Assembly: GCF_006345805.1 (NCBI RefSeq)
Contig: NC_043013.1
Coordinates: 54,684,001 to 54,748,000, forward strand
Direction of reading: 5' to 3'
DNA length: 64,000 bases
DNA from: Octopus sinensis
Taxonomy: Eukaryota
A model generated the notes under the pieces. It worked only from the letters and a program-made list of their open reading frames with translations, made no database searches and was not told where the DNA came from. Made by a program: the position numbers and the translations under genes. Below, piece by piece: positions 38,003 through 50,697 of the stretch (positions within the stretch are counted from its first letter, which is position 1; every line of letters begins with the position of its first letter).

Positions 38003-38345
38003 ATTTTGAGAAAAGAAAAAGAATGACTTCACTGGTAGTTCTAATCAGTTTAATTCATTATTTAAACATTTTTCATTAATATGAATTTAAGCTCATAGAT
38101 CTAGTAAGTTCGCATTCATTGTTAAACAGATCTGTTTAACAACGAATGCGAGAAAGTTCTCAAAAAAATTTAACAAGGAATTTTTTTTTCAATTTCCACA
38201 TCAAAGTTAAAAAAGAACTTACTAGATCTATGAACTAAAACTTAAATTAATGAAAAAAATGTAAAATGATAAATTAAACTGATTACAACAACCAGTGAAG
38301 TAATTTTTTTCCTTCAAATATACCCAACTGTACCAAATATCTCAC
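38003..38345. repeat. Diverged spacerless palindrome with a deletion in one arm, between (TA)n runs
   Basis: Axis 38130/38131 (aga|tct); inner 21-bp arms with one mismatch; outer arms 38027-38111 / 38215-38300; about 60-65 nt present only in the right arm. Confidence 0.85.
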
Positions 38346-38355
38346 ACCTTTTCCA

Positions 38356-38400
<45 letters not shown>

Positions 38401-38418
38401 TATATACATATACACATG

Positions 38419-38452
<34 letters not shown>

Positions 38453-38669
38453 CACATATGAAATCAATTTATGCTGGGGTATGTATTAGCTGCCTTCATA
38501 TTCCATTCTGTAAGTATGCCTCTTTAAAACATTCATTACATTGCTTGTGTGTGTTTTTATCTTAGAATTTGTGGTTATTTGAAGCTTTTGCTTTGAGTTT
38601 TTGCAGGCAGTATCCAGTATCTTTACCCTTCCTTTCTTTAAATATTATATATATGTATATATATATATG

Positions 38670-38705
<36 letters not shown>

Positions 38706-39224
38706 AAATATTGAACTTTTGGGGCATACTCTTGTGTGAGGGGAGTAAAAAAACGTTTTCAAAGCTTTTTTAGTCGCTTGACATTTTATTTTATCTTAGT
38801 TTATTTAGTTTTTTAGTAGCATGACACACTTTAGAATTTTTATGAATTTTTAGTCAGTCATATTTACATTTTAGATAGGTAGTTCTATATATTTGTATTT
38901 TATTCACATATATATTTTTATCTTTTGTGTTTTTTGTATATTTTTATATGTTTAAGAACCATGGTGATATTTTTATATGATGAAATGTTTGAGGTATGGT
39001 GTTATATATAAAGTTGTTGACTCAAATTTGATGTTCGTTCTATGATCTATGTTTATTTATCTCTGTCTCATTTACAGTCTTTCAACCCTTTTGTCTCCAT
39101 AAAAAGAGACAAAAATTATTTCGTGTTGTATATATATTCATATATATATGTATCATCTATCTGGATGTTTTGTTGTCCCTTTTTTGTATCACCAATCTGG
39201 ATTATTTGTGTTCTTGTCCCATTT

Positions 39225-39560
<336 letters not shown>

Positions 39561-39561
39561 A

Positions 39562-39955
39562 CATCATCATCATCATTATCTTCATTTAACATCCGCTTTC
39601 CATGCTGGCATGGGTTGGATGGTTTGACTGAGGACTGGCAAACCAGAAGGCTGCATCAAGCTCCAATCTGATCTAGCAAAGTTTCTACAGCTGGGTGCCC
39701 TTCCTTATGCCAACCTCTCTGAGAGTGTAGTGGGTACTTTTACATGCCACTGGCACTAGGGTCTATCAGGCGTTACTGGCAACAACCATGCTCAAAAGAT
39801 GTTTTTTAAGTTTCACCTGCATGGGAGCCATTCCGGTGGCACTGGCAACGACCATGCTTGAATAATGATTTTCACATGCCATCGGCACATGTGCCAGTAA
39901 TCACGCTCGAATGGTGCTTTTAATGTTCCACTGGCACAAGTGCCAATGAGGCGGT
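39562..39955 (-). mobile_element. SINE-like family C with internal subrepeats
   Basis: 'ccgctttccatgctggcatgggttgg...gagagtgtagtggg' followed by repeated 'gtgccactggcac' units. Confidence 0.8.
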
Positions 39956-39974
39956 ACTGTCATAGGCCATGTCA

Positions 39975-40810
39975 GTGATTTTGAAGATAAGTTGGATTTG
40001 ATCCACTTTGTGAAGGAGGAAACTCTGAAAATACCATATGCATTTCCCTCGGGCAACTCCCTAGTGTCATGAAACAATACCAGAGATCTTGAAGTGATTG
40101 TTGATAACAATCTAAGCTGGAATTCGCACGTAAACAGCAAAGTTGACTTGGACCGCAAGATGTGCTCCTGGATTCTGAGAAGTTTCCAGTCTAGAAATGC
40201 CTACGCCATCATCTTTCTCTACTCTACTTTTGCCTGACTCCCACCTTGAGTACTGTTGCCCACTGTGGTCTGCTTATATGAAGCAACTCATTATGAAAGT
40301 AGAAGCACTCCAGAGGTCCATAACAAGAAAGATAGGTGGGATGAGAGGCATTGATTATTGGGGTCAACTAAAAAAAAACGGAATCTCTACTCTCTCCAAT
40401 GCTACCGGAAACGCTACATCTTCTGTGTTATGTGGAAAATATTCCATCAATATTGCACAAATGATGTTGGCATCAATTCTAAAATCCATCCAAGACTTGG
40501 CCCCCATGCTATCTGCCAGCAACAAAATTCGATCTCGGTACACATAGCAACATTACGTTACAATTACTTTACCTCAATCAATCCAGCTCACTTTTAATAC
40601 CATACCAAAATACGTCATAAATGGAAATGGATCCCCTAAAATTCAAATGTTCACTGGACAAACTTCTTCAAGAGATCCCGGACCAACCTCCTACACCTGG
40701 ATATGTCTCCAACAATAATAACTCTTTGTTAGAGTGGGCTATGGTGCCCTAAAAGACTTCACCAGGGGGAGCTATTGAGTTAGACATGGCCTGGGCCTAT
40801 ACTGACTGAA
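39975..40810 (+). mobile_element. CR1/L2-group LINE 3' fragment (disrupted RT C-terminal region)
   Basis: Frames read RDLEVIVDNNLSWNSHV...KMCSWILRSF, PHLEYCCPLWS...VEALQRSITRKI, NLYSLQCYRKRY, with stops and frameshifts; ends in (TA)n. Confidence 0.85.
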
Positions 40811-40832
40811 ACCTATCAAAGTTATATATATG

Positions 40833-40876
<44 letters not shown>

Positions 40877-41911
40877 ATAAGTAATGGTTCTTGATTTAGA
40901 CACAACTCATCACTTTTGAGGGGAGAGTGTTTTGTTGATAACATTAACCCTAGAGTATGACTAGTACTTTTCAACCACAGAAAAATAAATTTAACCTTAG
41001 CATCAATTGAACTCTTAGCAAAGCAAAAACCAGAACTGCCAAAGATTCTGGCAATTTGAATTCTACAAGATAGAGAAAAAAATTGATGCATGAGAACCAA
41101 TCCTGCCAAATGAATCTTGGAATAAACTTTCAGAAATTAATTTAAGGATTCCTGATATAAAATAAAAACTAAAAAATGAGTAATTAGCAAGAGAATAATT
41201 AAGCAAATATTGTCTTAACCTTCATGGTTTAAACACACAAAAGAACAGTTCAGAATTATAAAATTTTATAAGGTAAAATTTCTAAATGAACATTAATAAT
41301 GTTATTGAGGTGTTTCTTGTATTTGACAGAATTTGGCATCTTCTTTTTGCCTGCCCAGTACACGTATGGTGTTCCAGTTTAAACCTGACAGGCATAATAA
41401 ATAGATTGTAATTAAGTATGATCATGTGGTAATTGCTAAATTAGGTGTAAACTGGCTTTTAGTCATGTTTTCCTAAATTCATTTACCAAGAGTAAATGTC
41501 TCATATTCCTCTCTTGAAATTCCTGACAGTTCTCGTAATATCTTTTTCACACGTTAAAGAACAGCAGCAATAAAAAAATAACCAAAATTTCAAAATATTT
41601 TAGAAAATATTTACAATCAAAAATTTAGAATGTAAAACCAAAATAAAATTCAAGAGATGCTTAAGATTTCAAAATGTGTGGAAACCAAAGTGCTTCTGAT
41701 AGCAGCTAGAAAATGTTCAGGCAGATGCAATCCAGATTATTCCTGTTAACCATTCTCTGATGAAATTTCAATAAACCTAAACACTATAACAAAAATATAT
41801 TTACTGCTTGACATTTCTCATACTGAAGTTATATAAATTCTTCAGGTACCAAAATAAAAATAACAACAGCAACATAATAATAATAATAATAATAATGATG
41901 ATAATAATAAT

Positions 41912-42020
41912 GCATGTGCCTGGTGTACCTTTATCAGACGGGTAGTCATGATGGGTATATTGGGCTTCGTATATTTTACCCCAGTGTCACTTTGATGGCA
42001 TGAACTGCTCTCTCACTCAA
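41912..42020 (+). mobile_element. Family F 3' fragment flanked by (TAA)n
   Basis: Reverse complement of 49592-49705. Confidence 0.8.
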
Positions 42021-42060
42021 TAATAATAATAATAATAATACATAGCATAATAATAATAAC

Positions 42061-42240
42061 AACATAAACTCCAGGATTTACAAGAATATATAACACAGAA
42101 AATAGCACTACTAGGCACTGCACACATTCTACATAAAACACTTTCAATACAGTGAAAATAACAAACCACAGCACATACCCAAGACACACAGAACTACACT
42201 CGGTAGTGCAGTGAAAGCATGTGATAAAAATAAGACTACT
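42061..42240 (+). mobile_element. R4/Dong-like RLE LINE 3' end
   Basis: TPGFTRIYN / TQKIALLGTAHILHKTLSIQ* (stop 42153-55) matches the 'QK..LLGTA.ILR' C-terminal motif; (TAA)n on both sides. Confidence 0.75.
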
Positions 42241-42304
42241 GAATAATAATAAAAATAATAAAAATAATAATAATAAGAAGAAGAAGAACAACAACAACAA
42301 CAAC

Positions 42305-42515
42305 TCTTTCAACTATAGGCACAAGGCCTGAAATTTGGGGGAAGGAGATAAATCAATTACATTCACCCCCAGTACTCAACTGGTACTTATTTTATCAACC
42401 CTGAAAGGATGAAAAGCAAATTCAATCTCTGTGGCATTTGAACTCTGAACATAGTCAGAAGCCATGCCACTGAGCATTTTGCCTGATGCCATAACATTTC
42501 TACCAACTTGTCTCT
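42305..42515 (-). mobile_element. SINE family A, tail type 2
   Basis: 'taggcacaaggcctgaaatttgggg...aactggtacttattttatcaaccctgaaaggatgaaaagc'. Confidence 0.8.
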
Positions 42516-43134
42516 TTAGTAATAATAATAAGGAAAAGAAGAATGGATGTGAGTTCAATAAATATAGGTGATAAAAACTCTCCTGGGAATCTGGAATATA
42601 GTTCTATGAGGACACAGAGTGTTCGTATTTAATATAATAATCTCGCACAAAGCTGATATCAGATATAAAAGTTGCCGATTTAAAACTTCAATTGAACGTT
42701 TAAATTATAAATTACATTTTAGATGTGTTGTTGTCAGTAAATTGTGGTTAGAAAGTTCAAAGACGTTAAGGCTAGTTGTGAATACTAGCACGACTGATTG
42801 GCCCTGAACATGGATTCCAGTCTCAATATTATCGTCACTAACATGGCTGAGTAAGACAGCATTGTCAATTTCAGCAAGTCATTACAAACAACAAAGAATC
42901 AATGAAATGGTGTTAATAACTCTCTGGCAAAAAAAAAAAAGAACAAATTTTTATATAATAACAATAATGATGATGATGATGATAATAATAATAATAATAA
43001 TAATAATCAGTATAGTTTCAGTTAAATATTAAAATGAAGTGTGGAACTAGACTGGAGACAGAGATAAGAAATAACTTGATATTAAAAGAAACTGTCAAAT
43101 GCAAGGAACTGTTTCTATTAAAGAACTGTGTGCA

Positions 43135-43222
<88 letters not shown>

Positions 43223-43229
43223 TAGGTGT

Positions 43230-43570
43230 CGGTGTGGCCATGTGGTGAAAAGCTTGCTTCCCAGCACATGGTTGCCATTGCATCATACCTTGGGCACTTG
43301 TCTTCTATTATAGCCCTGGGTTGAATAAAGCCTTGAAAGTGAATTTCATAGACAGAACTTCAAGAAGCCAATTGTGTGTGTATATACATGTGTGTGTGTG
43401 TGTGTGTGCAAGAGTGTATTGGCCTCCACCACCACGCGATGTTGGTGTTTTCGTTCCTGTAACTTAGCAGTTTGGTAAAAAAAATTATAGTACTGGGGTC
43501 AATGTGTTTGACTAAAATTCTTCAAGGCAGTGCCCCAGCATGGCCACAGTCTCATGACTGAAACAGATAA
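43230..43570 (+). mobile_element. SINE family B, diverged full-length
   Basis: Head 'gtggccatgtggtgaaaagcttgcttcc' through tail 'cagcatggccacagtc...gactgaaacag'. Confidence 0.7.
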
Positions 43571-43603
43571 AAGATATTTATATATATATATATATATATA
43601 TAG

Positions 43604-43855
43604 GACGAATGGCCCAGTGGTTACCATGTTATAATCACAATTGTGGTTTCAATTCCTAGAACGGGCGGTGAATTGTGTTCTTGAGCAGAACACTTCATGT
43701 CACATTGCTCTGCAATCACTTCAACACTTGACACGTGGCACACTGTGCACCGACTCCAGCAGTGAGCTAATGTACAGAAAATACATTTGATCACTAGAAA
43801 CAAACCATTTGTGCTGGTCGTTCAGCAAAGGTTGACAACTCTAACGGGAGGGTCC
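43604..43855 (+). mobile_element. SINE family D-related copy
   Basis: 'atggcccagtggtta...ggtttcaattcc...gtgttcttgagcagaacacttcat'. Confidence 0.6.
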
Positions 43856-43857
43856 AT

Positions 43858-43858
43858 C

Positions 43859-43922
<64 letters not shown>

Positions 43923-43926
43923 GTGT

Positions 43927-43976
<50 letters not shown>

Positions 43977-44080
43977 TATATATATACACATATATATAAT
44001 ATATATACATATATATATATATACACATATATATATATACACATATATATATATATACACATATATATATATATATATAC
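43858..44080. repeat. (TA)n/(CA) compound array
   Basis: Direct read. Confidence 0.95.
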
Positions 44081-44404
44081 CTCGTCTGGCACCTGTGTCG
44101 GTGGCACATAAAAAACACCATCCGAGCGTGGCCGTCTGCCAGCCTCGTCTGGCACCTGTGTCGGTGGCACATAAAAAACACCATCCGAGCGTGGCTGTCT
44201 GCCAGCCTCGTCTGGCACCTGTGTCGGTGGCACATAAAATCACCCACTACACTCTCGGAGTGGTTGGTGTTAGGAAGGGCATCCAGCTGTAGAAACACTG
44301 CCAGATCTGACTGGACTGGTGCAGCTTTCGGGCTCCCCAGACCCCAGTTGAACCGTCCAACCCATGCTAGCATGGAAAGCGGACGTTAAATGATGATGAT
44401 GATG

Positions 44405-44405
<1 letters not shown>
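44081..44405 (+). mobile_element. SINE-like family C, young copy with 63-nt tandem units and (TGA)n tail
   Basis: 'ctcgtctggcacctgtgtcgg' at 44081, 44144 and 44207; CpGs retained; ends 'ggacgttaaatgatgatgat'. Confidence 0.9.
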
Positions 44406-44446
<41 letters not shown>

Positions 44447-44456
44447 ATATATATAT

Positions 44457-44486
<30 letters not shown>

Positions 44487-44494
<8 letters not shown>

Positions 44495-44633
44495 ATTGGT
44501 GAATTGAAGAAATAGAGCTGAACGCAGATTGAACAGAAATCGTTTTATTTCATTCTACACGTGTTTCGAAAGGCACAAATTACCAAAATCCGATTGAATA
44601 ATGGGACCATATTGTGTCTTTCTCTTCAGGAAA
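44487..44633 (-). mobile_element. Short Penelope-like terminal-repeat remnant between (TA)n runs
   Basis: Hammerhead followed by 'gaatgaaataaaacg...'; TA arrays on both sides. Confidence 0.65.
44551..44633 (-). ncRNA. Type I hammerhead ribozyme motif with minimal helix III, core intact
   Basis: CTGAAGA (44629>44623); helix II GAAAGACACAA/TTGTGCCTTTC (10 of 11 pairs, G10.1-C11.1); GAAA (44567>44564); C-ACGT-G-T-A; helix I only 3 bp (ttc/gaa). Confidence 0.78.
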
Positions 44634-46906
44634 TATATATGTATATATATATATATATAGTCAGTATGATAATGACATCTATGAAGATAATTACATTATT
44701 AAATTCCGTATTTTTAAATTTGTCTTTTGAATAGTATTAGTTCTAAATACAGTATTTCTTTTGCTACTTCAAAGATGGCATTCAGGATTCATCCTTTTGA
44801 TGCCAAACTGACTGAAACTGTTCTAAGTCAATCGAAATTGAAACCTTTCATCAAATTTTCATAACACCAATTTCGAAAGGGCAAGAGTATTTCATTAAAT
44901 TCCTTCTTGTTTTTTTTTTTTTAATTGAAGGCAGTGTATTTCAAGAGAGACAATGGTAACAAAAGAATTAAGTGAATGATGTTTGGAGCAGATGGTAATA
45001 AACATAAATCAAGTCATTTGATGAATGTTGACAAGAATCTCTACTGGTTAAGCTAATAACTAACAGAAACGTGGATATTGAGTACTACATATTTTACATG
45101 AAACAGAATCATAAGTCAATAGGAAGATAGAATGGCTTGCAATTCCCTTGATGCTTCAGACAGAAAGTAAATTCTGAAACCATTTTGTGTTGTTTTCATC
45201 AATTTGATAACAATTTACTCTGACACATACAGACAGACAGACAAGTTTCCCACCCTCTTTAGCAAGAAATTTCATTCAGCTTAGTTGAGTTATCTTTCAA
45301 AAATAACAGTCATAATCAACTCAGTCTAAAGGATAAGAGAAGTGACTTGTTACCGTCTGAAGTCGCCTGTAAAACCATTCAACAGATGCATGTCTCTATA
45401 AAAACAAAGAATCTAACTACAGGAAACCAAAACTGTTACTCTTCTAACATTATTTTATTTGTCTTACTTCCTTTTTACACTAAGTTTATTTTTGTTTTGT
45501 TTCCCTTCCTCAAAATATATATGTATGTCGTCTGAGCTACAAGACACAGGATAAATGAAGATAAACCATTTATAAATTTTATCTGCAGAGATTGAAAAAA
45601 CAGAGATTAAATTAAATTTTAAAGTCAAGTGAAGTGATACATTAACTTGTATGAGATAACAGGCGTAAAGTCTTACCTATTCTTATCTAAAAATCCCTCA
45701 GAAGTAAAATTTGAAGTTAATTAGTTTTTCAGTCAACAGATGGTAAAAATATGTTCTGTGCTATTCTCAGATCACTCTTTTTAATTCTAGTAGAGTGTGA
45801 GAATATATCTATTTTATATTAGATTTTAAAATAAAATACATTTTTAGTACAGTCTTTGAACTGCTCACATCACCGTTACTTGCATTAAGTATGAGCCCAG
45901 TGTCATGCATGCTTTTAAAATATTCATCCACAACTTTAATAATAATAATAATAATAATAATGATAATAATAATATATCAAAAGAAAAGTGATAAGATTTC
46001 TGGAATATAGAATGTAGTTACTTGACAAGAATCTCGTTTGTTTGTATTTAATATAATTATTTGCTTTAATATAGACACAAGTGTGACTGTGTCATAAGAG
46101 ATTTGCATCTTAACCCCATGATCCCTGATTCAATCCAACTGTCTGGCACCTCAGGCAAGTGTCTTGTTCTGTAGCTTTGGGTTGACCAAAGCCTTGTCTG
46201 TGGATTTGTTAGACAGAAGCAGAAAAGAAACCCGTAATGTGTGTGTGTGTGTATGTGTATATTTGTTCTGAATTGAGTTACAGACACTCCCTTGTCAGTG
46301 GTACTGCTGTCGGAAATGCCATGACTCAGTGATTGGACTATTAGGTGGGGAAACTTGGAACTAGAAGCATTATTGTTCTCTAATTGCAATATAAAATATA
46401 ATTAACAAATGATTAAGTGACAATATCAGCTCAATGCTCAACATGCTGTGACATTGTTTATGTTACTATGGTAACACATATCAATTACTTTGAAATGTTT
46501 AAAAACAAACAAATAAATAAAATTAGTCACAGTAGTGAGTTGTAAAATCGTCTACTGCAAGAATTCTTTAAAATATCCAAATTTTCAAAATTATTATTGC
46601 CTAGAAAATAGATTTATTTGAAAAGTTATTACATTTTTATAGGTTTTTGCCCGTTATTACAATGGAACTAATGGAGCCATTGTAGTTGTCAGTGGAATTA
46701 ATTGGAAATACAGATGCATTGCTACATATTGCAGTTGTAGGCTTGGAATAGATGAAGATTTATTAGATTCTGGATGTAAAGTTTAATTAGAATTTGCACA
46801 ATTAATTATGTAATGCTAAAATATATATGTTCTTCCGTTTTGTAAATCTATATAAGAATTATGACTTTGGCAATCTAAAGCGGGGAGCAATGCACACTAC
46901 TTTGAC

Positions 46907-47237
46907 CAGTGGTTCTTAACTGGGGTCCATATGGCCTCTGAGGCTCCATATAGGATTTTGGGGACCCCATGCAACAGAATAGTAAACTGGAGATCCACAA
47001 TAGTATTTTAAGAGCCCTTGAAAAAATGTTGTATTGGTATGTATTGCAAGAAACAGCAAAGTTCGTTTCTCCAACATGTTACATAATTCAACCTACACAA
47101 GTTAATGAGTCAAAAACAAAGGAGGAGGTTTGAAAGAAGTTTCTATAAAACCAGTTTTTAAACATCGAATGAGGGTCCACTAGAATAAAATAGTAATGAA
47201 AGGAGTCCATAGGTAAAAAAATTGTTGAGAATCCCTG
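46907..47237. mobile_element. hAT (Charlie-like) MITE
   Basis: TIRs 'cagtggttcttaac' / 'gttgagaatccctg'; decayed 8-bp TSD actttgac / atttagac (6 of 8 match). Confidence 0.75.
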
Positions 47238-47424
47238 ATTTAGACTAATGCTATTTACTATGGAGAAGTCTACCTACTTATAGTGCTTATTCATTTTTAG
47301 CATGATTGAGTCATTGAGAGATAGGTGTAGTGTTGGTAATATGAAATTTGGCTGGTAGGAGAATCTCTATGAGTTCGGTCAGTTGACATTCTTATCACAA
47401 ATATACAGAAATACAGGCACACCT

Positions 47425-47590
47425 GTAGGCACAGGTGTGGCTGTGTGGTAAGAAGCTTTCTTCTCAACCACATGGTTCTGAGTTCAGTCTCACTGCTTGG
47501 CACCATGGGAAAGTGTGTTCTACGTATAGCTTTAGACCAACCAAACCCTTGTGAATGGATTTGGTAGTTGGAAACTGAAGGAAGCCTACT
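47425..47590 (+). mobile_element. SINE family B head
   Basis: 'ggcacaggtgtggctgtgtggtaagaagc...ggaaactgaaggaagcc'. Confidence 0.75.
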
Positions 47591-47621
<31 letters not shown>

Positions 47622-47644
47622 GATTGATAGATAGATATAGATAT

Positions 47645-47900
47645 GGCACTCCGTCAGTTACAATGATTAGGGTCCCAGCTGATATGATCAATGGAACAAC
47701 CTGCTCATGAAATTAATGTGTATGTGGCTGAGCACTCCACTGACACGTGTACCCTTTTGAATTACCGGTACAATTTATTTTTGCCAGCTGAGTGGACAGG
47801 AGCAACGTGAAATAAAGTGTCTTGCTCAAGGACATGTGCCACTGGGAATTGAACTCATGACCACATGAGTTGAATACCCTAACCACTAAGCCACATGCCT
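47645..47900 (-). mobile_element. SINE family D
   Basis: Reverse complement of the 6212-6545 layout. Confidence 0.75.
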
Positions 47901-47949
47901 TCACACACATGCATGCATACATACACACACACATAACTGTGTGTGTGTG

Positions 47950-47990
<41 letters not shown>

Positions 47991-48001
47991 TATGTATATA
48001 C

Positions 48002-48394
48002 TTTTCTACTCTAGGCATAAGGCCTAAAACCTTTGAGGAAGTGCCAGTCGATTACATCGACCCAGTAAGCAACTGGTACTTTATTTATCGACCCTGAAAG
48101 GATGAAAGGCAAAGTCGACCTCTGCAGAATTTGAACTCAGAACATAAAAACAGAAGAAATACCTATTTCTTTATTACCCACAAGGGACTAAACACAGAGG
48201 GGACAAACAAGGACAGACATAGGTATTAAGTCGATTATATCGACTCCAGTGCATAACTGGTACTTAATTTATCGACCCCGAAAGGATGAAAGGCAAAGTC
48301 GACCTCGGCGGAATTTGAACTCACAACGTAACGCAGAAGAAATACCACTGAGCATTTTGCCCGGCGTGCTAATGTTTCTGCCAGCTCACCACCT

Positions 48395-48397
<3 letters not shown>
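48002..48397 (-). mobile_element. Composite SINE A: type-1-tail unit joined to a headless type-2-tail unit
   Basis: Two cores; 'cagaagaaatacc' at 48151-63 and 48334-46; only one head (48347-48397). Confidence 0.85.
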
Positions 48398-48435
<38 letters not shown>

Positions 48436-49371
48436 ATATATATATGTAGTATATAGGCATTCACACATATACATATATACACATAAATACATACATACAC
48501 TCAACACACATATATGTGTATTGTATACACACACACATATGTATAAACACACAAACGTGTGTACATTATTAAGGACTTTTTGTATACTGCTCTCACATAT
48601 CAAGTATTAATCAATATGGTTCAATTTTTGTTATATTAATGTAGACTTGTATTGCCATAAACACCGAGTGAAGGCCTCAAGCACCCCGTGTACCAGTGTA
48701 TATGTTAACTGTGCAAGTTCCTAGAAAAGAGACAACTATATAATCACCGACTCTCCAAATATACCATTAAAGTATTACGTTCCTTTGAACTGAGATTTTT
48801 CTATAGAAACAGCATAGAATGCTGCCATCAATAGGAAAGAATGGTTAGGAATAAGTGTCGGAACCACTACTGATGTAGAATACTTGTGTATCTTTCATTA
48901 GAAAAAACACATTAGTAGAATATTGCAATCAAAACTTGATCTAAACACAAACGGATCCAACAAAGTCATCTGAGAGTAAAGATGGTGAAAGAAAAAAAAA
49001 CAACCTTTGCTGTCATAGAAATAACTGCTGGCCTGTGGCTATGAACATCACATAGAAAGTTGGTGGCACGGTTGAAGAGGCTGACAAAGAAGCTATCTAT
49101 ATAGTTGGGTGACTTACTAGAAATAGGAAACAAAGCTCCCTCATCTCATACTTGACCACTCTAATAAAATGGATTCATTGCAGAAGCAAATCATAGGTAT
49201 ACAAATTGATGGAATGACAACAACTGGAATGCCTTTATAATTGACCAACTTAATTAAAGCTAATTTGAGACTCAACAATAACAATGATAAAGAGGAACAT
49301 TTATGGACACCTACTTCAGAAATTACAGATTCTTTATCCTGGACTATACTATTATTATTATTATTATTATC

Positions 49372-49585
49372 ATTAAGGTGGCAAGCTGGCAGAATTGTTA
49401 GCACAATGGGCAAAATGCTTAGCAGTATTTCATCCATCTTCACATTCTGAGTTCAAATTCTGTGGAGGTCAACTTTGCCTTTCATCTTTCCAGGGTTGAT
49501 AAAATAAGTACCAGTTAAACACTGAGGTCAATGTAATCAACTCCTCCCCTCCCCCAAAATTGCTGCCCTTTGGCAAAATTTGAAA
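49372..49585 (+). mobile_element. SINE family A after (ATT)n
   Basis: 'aaggtggcaagctggcagaa...ttctgagttcaaattctgtggaggtcaactttgcctttc'. Confidence 0.85.
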
Positions 49586-49591
49586 CAATTA

Positions 49592-50147
49592 TTATTGAGT
49601 GAGAGAGCAGTGCATGCCATCAAATTGACACTGGGGTAAAATATACGAAGCCCAGTATACCCATCATGACTACCCGTCTGATAAGGGTACACTAGGCACA
49701 TGCACCACAACATTATGTACGCAACATGGTGATCTCATATGAAGATAAACAGGTGCATGACCTTGCAGGTGGGGCCCAGTTAGAATTTTCTTCAGGTCAA
49801 GCAGCCCATCCCATTCAAAATGTCCCTTGAATGAAACACCCATGTCTCCAAAGGTGAATTATCCAAACCCCAAAGAACTTTCAACACATAGCTATGATGC
49901 TTCCCCACTACTTCTATTCGTGATCAGAGGTGCACATATCAGTTATTAAGGGACATGTTCAACTGCTTAAGGTCAAACAATTGACAAGCATATCTCATGT
50001 TACTGAGCAGAATATTTGCTGTAGGCCATCTTTTATACCAAGACAAAACAATCTCAAAGGAATACATAACCCAAAATACCCTTGTTCACCCTAAAACAGT
50101 TAAGATCAGAAGCCATGAGAGCCACTGTCTGGTACTGCATCAGGGCT
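49592..50147 (-). mobile_element. Family F, about 550-bp non-coding element with (TAA)n tail
   Basis: Matches 41912-42020; (ATT)n at both ends; no ORF. Confidence 0.7.
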
Positions 50148-50149
50148 TA

Positions 50150-50169
<20 letters not shown>

Positions 50170-50189
<20 letters not shown>

Positions 50190-50659
50190 GATTATTATTA
50201 TTAAGGCAACAAGCTGCAGAACTATCAGCCTTCTAGTGAAGATGCTTAATGGTATTTCATCCATCGTTACTTTCTGACTTCAAATTCTGCCACGATCAGC
50301 TTTGCCTTTCGTCCTTCGGGGGGGGGGGGGCGATGAAATGAGTATCAGGTATTGAGGACTGGAGTCAGTGTAATCAACTAGTCCCTTCCTCACATTATTA
50401 TTATCATTATTATTATTATTATTATATTATTATTATTATTATTATGATTATTATTATTAAGGCAACAAGCTGCAGAACTATCAGCCTTCTAGTGAAGATG
50501 CTTAATGGTATTTCATCCATCGTTACTTTCTGACTTCAAATTCTGCCACGATCAGCTTTGCCTTTCGTCCTTCGGGGGGGGGGGGGCGATGAAATGAGTA
50601 TCAGGTATTGAGGACTGGAGTCAGTGTAATCAACTAGTCCCTTCCTCACATTATTATTA

Positions 50660-50680
<21 letters not shown>
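50170..50680. repeat. Tandem duplication, period 256 bp, of a diverged SINE A in (ATT)n
   Basis: 'ggcaacaagc' at 50205 and 50461; both copies identical, including a G13 run. Confidence 0.95.

Positions 50681-50697
<17 letters not shown>

Noticed and set aside
40197-40547. ORFs as host genes
   Set aside because: Frameshifted pieces of the CR1-like LINE
44081-44235. CRISPR-like repeat array
   Set aside because: Units are contiguous tandem repeats without unique spacers, in a eukaryotic SINE context with no cas genes
46643-46775. Possible plus-strand exon (VFARYYNGTNGAIVVVSG...)
   Set aside because: An open frame of this length with AG/GT ends is expected by chance in 64 kb; an overlapping minus frame is similarly open; unassignable
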